Source: Raillietiella orientalis
Taxonomy: Eukaryota
Assembly: GCA_036172245.1 (NCBI GenBank)
Contig: JAYWIR010000005.1
Span: 1,550,001-1,614,000 of the forward strand
DNA length: 64,000 nucleotides
Direction: 5' to 3'
In this document: piece after piece, positions 49,001 to 59,650 of the stretch
Layout of the letters: each line of letters opens with the position of its first letter
How positions within the stretch are numbered: the stretch's first letter is position 1
The notes under the pieces: model-generated
Databases searched by the model: none
What the model was told of the DNA's origin: nothing
The model's input: the letters and a program-made list of their open reading frames with translations, nothing else
Program-made: the position numbers and the translations under genes

Positions 49001-52000
49001 ACTGAACGGAGCACCAGCTTCCCCGTCCGGAACGGAGACGCCCCGAGGCGGACGTCCTTTCGAAGGGTGGAGGAGGCTCTTGGAGGACTCGTGTCGTCAA
49101 CGTCTGTTGAAGAGTCCATCCTTTCCAACGCCTCACGTTCCCACAAAGAGGGCCCTGGGGCCGGAAGTGCATGCTATCCCTAGGAAAGGCGCACTCGCGA
49201 CGCTTCTGGGTCCGCTCCTCAGTAGGAAAAAGGGGACCCCGTACTAGGAGAGGGTGGAAGGGGTACTGGAACACCCGGGGAAACGCCAGGTCGATAGCCG
49301 AAGCGGGCTAGTCGGAAGCGGAACGAGAGTGGGTCGGCAAAGGAAAGGGAAAGCCTGCGGTCAGCTGAGTCGAGAGAATTCTGCCTCGAGAGGGGGCATC
49401 CGTCGGTCTCTCGGACCTCGGTGGAAGAAGCGGACGCGGGGAGGCCGGAGCCCCGTGGACGGAAAGGTCACCGGCCAGCAGAAGATCGTGGGAGATGCTC
49501 CTTAGGAATGCTGGAAGCCGCGGCAGCACCGCCGCGAAATCTCCGATGAGGAGCTCCAGATGGCGCTAGATCCGGACAGGAGCAATGTCCTTCCTTCCTT
49601 CCCCGTCAGGGCTACGCTGGGCGAAGCGCCGGGAGCGCTGCGCGACCGAGGAAGAGGGCAACTCCCTTGCCTGGACGAAGGGTCGTTCCGACAACGCACC
49701 ACGCACCTTCCGTCTTCATGGTCAGCGCCGACCGCTTTGGTGGCGGCGCGCCGTTTCGATCTTCCTTGGTGGACCTCCTCCGGCAAGGACACAGGGATGA
49801 CGCCGATGTCCCGCTCGACGGACGGGCGAACCACGCTCCCCGTTGCCATTGAAGGGCGCCGAGAAGGCAGGGTAGCCTCTCCTGCCACCTCCTGAAGAGC
49901 TCGTAAACTCCCTCTCTCTCTGGACCCTGGAAGACCCCCCGAGGAAGGACATCCCTCGCTAGGGGCGCCTCCGAGGTCCAGACGGCGCGACTTGGCGCTG
50001 ACGAGCCTCCCTTTTCTGGAACCTTCCCACGCGCGAACGCGAGGCGCCCACCCGCTACTCCCTCGAGCCCCGCTGGCTGCTTCTTCGCCTCCCCGTTGAC
50101 CTTCGGACGCTCTTCGGTCTTCTCAGGGGTTTGGAGCTCTGCTCCCCAGCCGGTCGAGTGCCACTCAACCCTTTTTCCCGCTTCCCTTCTCCCCAGAGTT
50201 CTGTGGACCGCTCGGCGACGCTCGCACCCCAGAGAGGAGCCCGCCCCTTCTTTCCCGCCCTCTGAGACGTAACCCTGACCCGATCCTGGCTAGTTGGATC
50301 GCGATCTTCATCCAAAGAGGAGGTGTCGCTCCTTGTCGTTTCCGGTCGCCACGGGCTGACCTTTTCCTTCACCTTCCTCCGGCATTCCGCGCGCGCGAGC
50401 CCGTGGACGGCACGAGCGGCGGGTCCGCTGGAGCACCGGGGCAGCCGGGGTACTTGTGGCTCGGCTTGGGGTCTCCCCTCAGGGAAGGACGCAAGGAGAT
50501 GCAGGGACGAACTTGTATCTCCTCGCATCCATGGACTAAAGGAAGGAGACGGCGCAGTCGCTGCGGCGAAAACCGCCCCGTTACCCCAGGAAGGTGCCGT
50601 GGAAGAGGACGATGCTGGGTGAGGACTGCCGTCTTTCTTCCTTCCTTGTCCCGCGCTAGCAGCCGCGTGGCTGCGGTGGCGGCGGCCTCCGCGCGCTGAG
50701 GCACCGGACGTCGCAGGTTCGAATCCCTCCCAGGGAGGGAAGCACAAGAGCCGAGAATGGGGAGATGTGTGAAGGGCCTCGAGTTCCCCCCGCGGAATGA
50801 CCTTTGTTGAACTGTGAGATCGAAAGTCGACCCTCCAGGTCCCTTCCAGGACATCAAGGAGCCCTTCGGAGTTCCCCACCGGTGGATGATACCTTCCTTG
50901 AAGGCTGTCCCACCAGAGTGCAAGATGCCCCCCGCTTCCTTCGGGAGGCGCCCTTCAGAGGAGGAGGAAGCAAGAAGCAGTTCCCTTGCGGATTCCGGAG
51001 TGATCCCGAGAAGAAATTCCAGAAGAGAATCCTTTCCGAGTTCCCCTTGGAGAAGAAATAGCGGACTGGCCCTACATAAACTGGGGAGGTCCCTCCGGAG
51101 AGAACAGGGAAGAGGTGTTCCCTTCGGGTTTCCCATCGGGCACAACCAGGGAGAGGGCTCCCTTCGAGACAGGAACAGGCTCTTTGCTCCTCCGAGCCTT
51201 CCTGGATTCCACAGGGGTCCATCCGGAGTCATGGCCTATGACTTGAAGAGTTGTCAGAGGGGTGGTCGGTGGACTCCAGGTGAGGCTTCATAGGGAGGAC
51301 GGAAGGCTTAAAGGGGTGACTTGGGGAGGGGGAGGGGTGGTTCTTCGAGAAGGAGGAGCGGGCGCAAACTGGAATGAAGCGGACATTCCTTTCCCTCTCT
51401 TTCCTCGAGAGAAATGGAAGACTCAGAAGCTTCCGCAAAAGAGGCGGTCGGACACTCTGGCGAGTTCCAGGAAGCGAACCGCGACGGCCTTGGGAAGGTG
51501 CACCGAGGATCACGGAAGGCAGAGGGTGGGGAGGGAGGCAGAGAGGGGAGAGGTCAGGGAGAGGGGCAACCCGGCAATCGGGACGCGGGGATGCTGGAAG
51601 AGGAGAGCAGCAACGCCTCCTCTTCCAGGATTCATGTCATGGGGTCGGGGCGCAAAGACACCTCCTCCCCAACCTCTCTCGGGCTCCTGGTCAAGAAGGA
51701 AAGCAAGAATGGCCCGCAAGGGGGGGGATAGAGTCTTGAGCGACGAGTCGTTGCGGCAAGGAACAGACGAAGATTCCTCGCAGATGGCAGGCGAAGAGCC
51801 TCCTCGTCCGCGCACCCTCGCCTTCCGTGTCGCCTAGGGTTCGCCTCGGCACTACGAGTAACCTTCCTTCTCTCCCGCACCTCCTGTCAGCAGTTTCAGA
51901 CCCCCGACAGCCTGAGAGAAGTCCGCAGCGCTCTCCGGTCACGCCCGCGGGCACCACTCCAGACAGAAGTTGACCGCCATCTTTCCCTCCCTACCCCCGA

Positions 52001-55000
52001 GCGCGCGCGAGCGGAGGTTCTCCCATGACCTCCGAACGAACGCGTGCCCTAGCGAGGGGCCCACTTCACTTTTCCTGTGTCCCAAGGCTCCGCGTTCACC
52101 ACGCTGAGGGTGGGAGCTACTGACCGAGATCCTGCGCAGATAAGCACAGGGTCGGAGGCTAGCTAACCCTCCGGCCGCCAAGAGTTGAGCTGCAGGCTGC
52201 GCGAGGCGTAGCCCGAAGCCAGCCGCCAAACTCGACGACCCGGTGGTTGCATCCAGGGACGCGGACGGTCGGTTTCTGCCCTCTGGTCGGGCTCTCCTTG
52301 CCTGCCCGCGCTCCGAGAGGGGAGAGCCACTCAGTGCCCCGATGCATCGAGAGGGTTCGCAGTGCGCCCTTCTCCGCGCTTCCGGGCACGCAGACCAACG
52401 CCCTGTGGCACGCTTCCCCCCTGACTTCTCCTCCTCCCCCACCCTCCCTTCTGTATCCTCTCTCCCTCAACGCACCTGCCGGTCTCTCGGCCATGTCCAT
52501 CTGCAGGAAGCACTCGTTGCGCATTGAGTCCAACACGGCCCTCTGGTCCATCGGGCTGAGAATGCCAGAGGCGGAGATGAGGATCTGAAAAGCAGCGAAA
52601 AAGCAAGCTTGATTTCCGTGGAGGGAAAGAAGAATGGGGTCCTGCCACCTAGTGGGTGGGGCAAGGTCCGTCGAGTGCCGAGAAGGAAGGCTCCGACGGA
52701 ATCCGACGGGAAGTAAGGAACGCCTCTGGACGGAAAGGGTCATAGAGCAGGGCTACAGGGCACCTCTCGCCGGACCAACGAACGGACTCCACAGCGACCG
52801 CTGTCCGCTTGACCCCGAGCAGGTGCCGCAGAAGAGGACGGTGCCGAGTGAGGACTCCCGTCTCTCTTCCTTGACCCACGCCCTCTGCCTAGGGAATCTC
52901 TCCCAAAGGAGTGAGTTCACCTCGAAGGCGTAACTTCCGGTTCCGGAAATCACGCCTCACGAGGAGTAGGGAATTCCTGTATCACTCCGAGAGAAGGTGG
53001 ACGCACCCCACACCCAGGTGTTTCCAGTGGAATTGTGAGTCCATTCCACTTCACGATGGAACAGAGTAGGTAGATCCCACGTCACCCTTGTGGCAGATGG
53101 GGTGCTCAGGCTGTCGGACTCCCGGAGGCTACCCGCTGCCCGCAGGCAAGGACGTGTGTCTTTGCTGTGGGCCTTGCTGTTGTCTCAAGCGGGAGCTCCA
53201 GATGCCGCCATTCCGGGGATGTTTCCAAGCTCTGCAGATGCCATTCTCATGGGAACGGCATCTGCAGAGGGAAGCGTTCCAGACTACGTGGAACACCGGG
53301 CGAACGGAAGAGTGCGCGCCTCTCGGCAAGGCGGGCGGGAGGACAGGGCACAGGTCGCGTCAGGTTCGTGCGTCCGGAAGCCGGCATCCTCTGACCCTGC
53401 TCGCTGCGTGACGTCACGGATCTCGGAGGCAGCGAGCTCTCCGCCGCCTTCCCAAGCGCTCAGACCAGAGAGAACGCGTACGCGCGACCCGCGAGTCAGA
53501 GGAGCGGGGTCAGCGGGCTGCCACGCCTTCTCCCGACTTCCTGCGTCCTCCCGATCGGCGTTAGACTGCGGAGTTCCCCTCCTCCCCCGTCACGCCATTT
53601 GCTCCGGGACTCTGGGAGTCCTGCACGGCACGGACGGAGTTGGGTGCAGGGTTTGTACCCCCGCGTCTCCTCCCTTCATCCTCTCCCTCGGGAAGGAGCT
53701 GGGGCCTATGGCAGCCCCCTCATGTCCGTGGTCTCTTCGCAGAAAGCTGCTCCAGGTTCTGTGACCACGGGGAGTTTGCCGTAGGGTCCTTCCCTGGAGG
53801 TGGCCCCGCAGGTCGGCGCTGGAAACGAGAGAGGGGGTGGGGTCCCCTCAGACACCGGCAAGGTCCGGGACCTCACCCCCACCTTTCAAAAAAAGGGAAC
53901 GTTCCCCCCCCCCAAACCTTTGGGGTGGTCGGGGATGTGGTATCCATCATGGTCGCCGGTGCCAGGATCTGCGCGTCTCCTATGCATCACTCCAGCTCCA
54001 GCACCGCTGTTATCCCTCCCTCGCCCCCGAGGAGTGCTCACCAAATGAGACGGACCGGCTCCCCCATCTCAGGTTCAGCCGCAGGAATGAAGGGGAGGAG
54101 GAGAGGAAAGCAGGCGGCGTCTCCCCGGTAATGCGCTCCTCTGCCTCCTCGCGCGAGGCGCCTCTGAGACTCCCGGAAGATCCGTCCAGGCCTCCACTCG
54201 GGTTCCCTGGGATGCGTCCTGCGGCAGGGACGTCGGACGGGAACCACCGCAAGAAGAAGGGGAGGGAGGGCAGCTCAGGGGCGTCGGCGGCGCTTCCCAG
54301 GAAGCCTGAGAAGAGGGGGAGTGGCGCCCTCCGGGAACGATGGCTCCCTCCTGTAGGGAGGGAAGGAGGAGGAGGGGTCGACTGGAGCCGGAATCTCCCG
54401 AACTTACCAGTCGGGGAGGGGGAAGGGGGAGGCGCAGATGGGGCGCCTGCCTGCTGAACTCCCCCGGAACGGCAGGAGACAGGTGCGCTTGCTCCTCTCA
54501 GAGTGCGCCTGGCACGCGGCGCCACCTGTTTCCCTGTCGCTGCCCGTTCCCTCGCACGGTGGAGCGACACCCTTCGAGCCCCTTGGACTAGCGGGAGAAG
54601 GTCGCACCCCGGCGTCATCTCCGCCGCTTACCCCTGGGAAACTCCCGGGGCGGACCGGAGCCGCACAGACGGGATCGCGACGTTCCCTGGGCGCCTGCGG
54701 ATACGGGTCGGCGCGCTCCAACCCGAATTGGACAGGGGGGATTCCACCTTCCTTCCCCCCCCCCCCGAGGGAGTGGCACTCCCGTGAGCTATCCCGCTGC
54801 CCGCAGCGACGATAATCTCTCTCACCTGGTCGCTCGCCGGCCCCGCTGCAGGGCTCCGCTCGCGGGGGTCACCTGGAGCTGCGCTGGAGCGCGTGGTCCT
54901 CCGGACGCTGGGAGCGAAGTGGCGCCTGGAGAGAACGCGTCACCGGGAGGCACTGAACGGAGTCCCGGAGCCGGCGGGCTCCACCGTCGCCGTCGCTAGG

Positions 55001-57543
55001 GACGCGCTCGGGGAGGGCGCGCATGCGCGCAGGGTCTCGTCCGCGGGGCTGCCACGGGCGGCGGGGTCGGGAGGAGGGGAAGAAGGAGGGGGGAGGGAGG
55101 GGTCCCCTCCCTTCCCCGTCGTCCCGAAGCCGCGGAAGCGCCCTTCATCCTAACGGGATGAAGAAGGAGGCTATCCGAGCAAAAAGGGCGCGCGCTTCCC
55201 CATCCCTCACGTGCCCCACCCGCTTTCCCCCAGAGAGATCAAGGCGGAATACCCCCCTGTCGCTTCCGCCTGCCTCCGCCGAGGCATGATGTCATCGTGA
55301 CCGGCCAGGAGTTGGGTCTCTCGGAGCCACCCTTACCAGCGCAAGCATCCCGAACGCGCCTTCGCGAAGAGCAGGCGGCGGCTGCAGCACCGCGAAGCGG
55401 GCAGGAGAAGGTTCTTCCCCTAATCGGCAATTCCTTCCGACCCACGGGAAAGACCGTGGAGTCGGGCACCGACTGCACTCGAGATGAAGAGGGATGAGAG
55501 GGAGGAGCGAAGGACTGCCCCATGCGCGAGGGAAGATCACCGAGGCTCTTCGATATCGGGGAAGGGAGGGGGGAGAAGGAGGAAAGGAAGCTCTAGCAAC
55601 TCTGCGAGGCGGTGACCCGATTCGTTGCTAGAGGAGCTGCCTCCACCGCCTCGTTTCTGGGCCCTGAGGCTCGGCTCTTCCAAGCGCGGGTTTTCCTGCT
55701 GTCCCGATCACCCCGCGGAGGTGGTGGTCACCTCGTCTCAAGGCGCGGGACGAAGAGACCTCGACCGCACCCTCGGGGAGGCGACCGCGCCGAGGACGCA
55801 GCTGCCGGAAGCCTCCGCTTCCGACGCTGGAGGTGGAGACGCGCGTTCGGGGGTGCCAACAGTTACCGCCGCCCGGGCGCGCCAGGCGGAGGAGGTAGAC
55901 GGTCCTGACGGGGTTCCCGGAGGATGGTCAGGACGACTCCCCCTCATCTGTCCTTCCTGGCGACCGGGAGGGGAGGGCGCTACGTTGCCCGCTCACACCG
56001 CGGGACCCCGACCTCGTTGACGCGCGCGCGTCCCCACCACCATGCCCTGCGGCAGACGGTTCGGGACGAAGGGCCGCCGTCGCTGCCGCCTCGGACGTCT
56101 TCCCCGGGAAGGAAGGGTCGCCCTCGAGGACTCCCTTGGGCCGGCCACTGCCACTTTGGACGGGCGCGACATCCACTCTGCCGGTGCCCAGCCAGGAAAC
56201 GCAGTCCAAGCATTTCCTGGCAAACCTCTGCTCTCCGAGAGTCAGGAAGACTTCCGGCTGCCTCCTCCGACCCTCAACCCTTCTCCGGGACGCGTGGGTG
56301 GGCGCGGAGGACGCCTGAGGCAGCATCTCCCACCACGGAGGCGACGCCACTCCACTCGCGTAGCGTCTACGGGGTCGAGGGTTCGATGGCGTTTCCCAGG
56401 GACGCGAGTGGTCGACCCTTCGAGCGTAGAAGATTCGCAGGTCGCGTTGGTCCAGCCAATGGGGGGAGATCGGCAAGCAGCCTCCGGTCCGGATGATCCC
56501 AGAGTCCGCGCTTCCCGGAAACGTCCCTCGCGCCCCTGCATCGAGGGACCGGCTACTTCTGAGACTCCACGAAACGTCCCCGAGACTCTCGAGGTCGCAT
56601 GCGGTGACCTCGACGAAGGGGGAGGAAGGCCTCTTTGGGCATGGGACGTCTCCAGGACGACGGAGAGGGGGGAGACTCCGGGCCATCGGGAGCAGCGCCT
56701 GGAGAGCCTGGAAACCAGGAACCTGAGTTCCCCCTCGGGGAGCAGTGGACGACGGGGGCGCCTCGGTTGACCTCCGAGATTTGCTCTCGCGCGTGGCGCT
56801 CCATGAGCGCTTTCGGGTTCCACGGCATCCGCTGGATGACATTTCGGGGCTGCCCTCTGGCGTAGAACGGTAGGAGGGGAGGAGGAAGGGGACGGGTAGA
56901 GCTTTCCTCCAGGGGCCCGGGCTAGCAAGACTCCACGGGAGAAGGGGCGGCAACGGTCAGATGTCTCCCAAGGGTCACCGCCGGCGGAGGTCCCATCCCG
57001 GACGGTCCAAGGCGGAAGGCGCGCTTTTCCAGGACCTCTTCCCGGGAGACCATCCGTCGTCCTGCCGGGGGAGGAAACCGCGTCCGCGGATAGATGGCAG
57101 CCCTGATGGATGATGCAGAGGCTGCGGACGGAAGCAGCCCGGGGGTGTCGCGACCCCATTCCTCGCTCCCGCTCCACCGCTTCCCGGAGGGAACTCCATC
57201 CGGAGGAGGCCCTCTCCCGCCCGCGAGGTGGGAGCAACGGGGACCCCGCCCCGGTAGCCCGGCGCGCGCCGTGATGTTATCCGCCTGAAAGCGCGGAGCT
57301 GCCGGGTGACGCGAGCACCGACGGCGGCGGCACGCGAAAGGAGTCGGTTCCGCATCGACGCCCGCGGGCAGGAGTCGACCTTTCCACCGAGTGATCTCCC
57401 GCGGGTGCCTCCAGGCGGAAAGGTTGGCGACCCCAGCACCGACGTCCCCATCCTCCACCCCCTTCCATCCGAGCGCACGCGGAGGCGCTTACCTCAAGTA
57501 GCAGAACCTTGGAGAAGATCAGAAGCACGAAGAATCCTTCCAT
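34064..57543 (-). CDS. Class B1 (secretin family) GPCR, parathyroid hormone receptor-like (arthropod iPTHR type); C-terminal tail exons uncertain
   Basis: Hand-spliced GT-AG exons with consistent phases: 57493-57543 (signal-peptide-like MEGFFVLLIFSKVLLLE); 52476-52584 (ILISASG..DQRAVLDSMRNECF); 48156-48268 (LYCPMVWDDISCWP..IPCPEYIVGF); 46864-47010 (ASKYCTSEGEW..WTNYTRC); 42937-43031 (TM1, LGYSVSLGALLISFLIL); 41788-41980 (KLRCPRNSLHMNLYASFMMRA, long ECL1); 40000-40156 ([29 protein letters not shown]..LGWG); 39818-39948 (LPVL..CW..WLIRGPI); 37457-37548 (LNFIFFVKLVRVL); 37262-37406 (KWAKSTLVLVPLFGIHY..FASFQ); 34408-34594 (GFFVAILYCLCNEEVRKEL); then probably 34243-34347 and 34064-34161. Six-Cys hormone-binding ectodomain plus 7TM class B signatures. 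The iPTHR subtype call rests on recalled motifs. Confidence 0.93.
35981..36440. repeat. Polypyrimidine (CT-rich on plus) low-complexity tract in GPCR intron
   Basis: About 460 bp almost entirely C/T (cctt/ctt/cct units). Confidence 0.95.
38955..39205. repeat. Polypurine (GA-rich on plus) low-complexity tract in GPCR intron
   Basis: gaaggaggaggaagaaaa-type sequence. Confidence 0.9.
40586..40831. repeat. Polypyrimidine (CT-rich on plus) low-complexity tract in GPCR intron
   Basis: ctcctcctccttccttc-type sequence. Confidence 0.9.
42143..42167. repeat. (TGACC)n pentanucleotide microsatellite
   Basis: tgacc x4 followed by tgatc. Confidence 0.85.
43797..44011. repeat. Degenerate minisatellite, 40-bp unit, about 5.5 copies
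   Basis: Units such as ggatagcagcagtggtttctgggaaggagagatggtcgct, ggatggcagtggtgattactgggaagaagagatggtcatc and ggatggcagtggtggatgccgggaatgagaaatggccagc, plus one 20-bp half unit. Confidence 0.85.
46055..46320. repeat. Polypurine (GA-rich on plus) low-complexity tract in GPCR intron
   Basis: ggagaagaaggaaaggaggaggag-type sequence. A shorter one lies at about 47670-47755. Confidence 0.9.
47169..47229 (-). other. Near-perfect 27-bp stem-loop (inverted repeat) in GPCR intron; pre-miRNA-like or foldback remnant
   Basis: Complementary arms: gcaatccc/gggattgc, tcgtccttgcggg/cccgcaaggacga and atga/tcat. On the minus (GPCR sense) strand the two mismatches become G-U pairs, with a 2-nt bulge and a 5-nt loop. 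Confidence 0.8.
50661..50735 (+). mobile_element. tRNA-derived element (SINE head or tRNA pseudogene) with Pol III A and B boxes
   Basis: A-box-like tggctgcggtgg (50668-50679) and perfect B-box ggttcgaatcc (50716-50726) at tRNA-like spacing. No acceptor stem forms, so it is not a functional tRNA. Confidence 0.55.
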
Positions 57544-59449
57544 GCCCTGTGCTGCACTCTGCGGGGATGCATTCGGACCTGCGGACAAATGAGAGGGTCG
57601 CCTGGCAACGGGAAGAAAGGAGGGGAGGGGGCATCTCAGGAGGTCTCGACGGATCGGGACTAGGGGGGACGGTGCCTCTGGGGGAGGGAAGTCGCCCCCG
57701 AGGAGTCTCGGCAGATGGGTGAAAGTGCTTTCTCTGGCCGCCTGACCGGAGGTGATGGTCACCTCTCCTCGAGGCGCGGGACGAAGTCCTCGACCACGCC
57801 CTCAAGCTGCCTTCGAATCGCGTGCCCGAGGGCTTCGGGCTCGATCCCGACTGCAATTAAGGGAAAATACTTTTTTTTTTTGCTTCCCCCCCTCCCTCTC
57901 CCCACCGTCCCTTTTCTAAAAAAAAAAAAAAAAAAAAGAGGAGGAAAAGAAATCGCCTTTGCCCTGGCAGCACTGATTTTTCCCGACCGCCAGCGAACAC
58001 TCCGCGCGACCATCTCCATCTCCATGGGGAAGACGCGATTTCGGCTGCGCAGGATCCACCCCCAAGCGCCGCCAGATTCCCGCGAGGGGGACGGAGGGTG
58101 GAAGCTCCCTGCCCACATCCCTTGGAGCGGGAGTGGCTCTCAACAGCAACCTCCGGCCCTCCCTTCGGGACCCGGGAACCGAACGAAGGTGAGTGATGCC
58201 ATCAGCCCGCAGAGCCACGCCCCATCCGGCGCGAGGATCTACAGTGGTCGCCTCCCGGCCACCGACCCAAACGGAGCCCCGCTGCTAGGAAGCGCGCCGC
58301 CCCGTTACGCTGGATCCCGGTAAAGCAACAGGCGAAATAGAGCGACCGGGTATGACTTTGGAAACTTCAAGATGACCGCCTGAGGGGTCGACCCCTGTTC
58401 TCATGGACGCCTGAGAAGCAAACGGGAGTCTCTTTGTCTCCCCTCTCTCCCATTCTGACGTTCCCGCTATTCCTGGAGCCGGTGCCGACTGCTTCGCCGC
58501 CACCCGGCCGTTCCTTCCTTCGGGTTCCCGAAAACGGGGAGTCAACTTCCAATCCAGGACACTCGACGGGGGCATCCGAATCGGCCAGCCAGCATCACCG
58601 TGCGGGGATGAGGTGGGAGAATCGACACCCACGAGACACCCCCCATTTCTCCAGAGTCGACCCTTCCCCGGAGAGGGATTCAAACTCGCGACGCATGGCG
58701 CCGCTCGAGGAGAGCCCGCAGCCACACGGCAGCCAACGAGGGCAGGCAACCGGCGTTCGCCTTTACAGGGGAGGGAAAGCTCGCAGAGCTGCTCCAAACA
58801 CTGCTTACGCCACCTGAGAGCGCGTGTCGCTTTTCAGGTCAGGGGCAATCCCGGGTGGACCGCCCCATGAATCGAGGAAGGTCCCGCAGAAGGAAGGAGC
58901 GTCCGTTCCTCTTCCTAGCTCGGGAAGGAATCCCTCACCCTAGCTGTCTCCAAAGGAGACCCCGGAAGGAACCTCCTCTCTCTTCTACTCCTTGTAGGGA
59001 CCCCCTAAAAAGACTCCCCGCTCCCAGTTTCGTCCTCTAAAGAGAACCCCGAAGGGATGCTTCCCGATTTTCCCTGAAGGATGACTCCCCGAAGAGAGCG
59101 ACGCACTTCTTGGACACTCTGGGGAAAGGCATCCTCAATCCACCAGCTCCATGATGCGAGACGAAGGGGGTCTTCCTAAAGGGAAGAGGGAGAAGGAGGC
59201 TCCGTTTCCGCAACGGGAGAGGAATCCCAAAGAGAACCGGTGCTTCCTGATTCCTGGAAGGACACGAATCGAGCTGTCGCCGCCGGGAGAGGGAACGGAC
59301 AGAGAGGCCCACACGCGAACCTGGGGACGCGTGCCGCGAGGTGAAAGCCGACGGGAGCTGAAGAGCCAGATCGGGGAGCCGGTGTAGTGGCATTTCGGAA
59401 GTCGACAACGGAAGCCGGGTAATTGGGAGGATTGCAGCCAGCAATTCCT

Positions 59450-59650
59450 AGAGGTCAGAGGTCACGGCACGAGTCAGAGGTCATGCGCACGAGAAGATTA
59501 CAGGGCATCGAGATGATGCGGTGTCGGAGCTGATGAGGATGGCTACGGAGAGTGAAGCGATTGCAAGAGGGAAGACCATGAAGGCTGGGAGGGCAGGAAT
59601 GCCTGCAGCAAAGAAAAGATGGTTTCAGTGTTTGGTCAAGTCCAACACTG
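59450..59650 (+). mobile_element. Possible highly decayed 3' end of an RTE-type LINE ORF2
   Basis: Translation GIEMMRCRS**GWLRRVKRLQEGRP* and, frameshifted, GMPAAKKRWFQCL loosely resemble the RTE C-terminal RxRRLRWFGHVxRMxxGR...GRPKKRWxDCV. Judged by eye only. Confidence 0.25.

Noticed and set aside
50661..50735. Functional tRNA gene
   Set aside because: The B box is present, but the acceptor and anticodon stems do not form.
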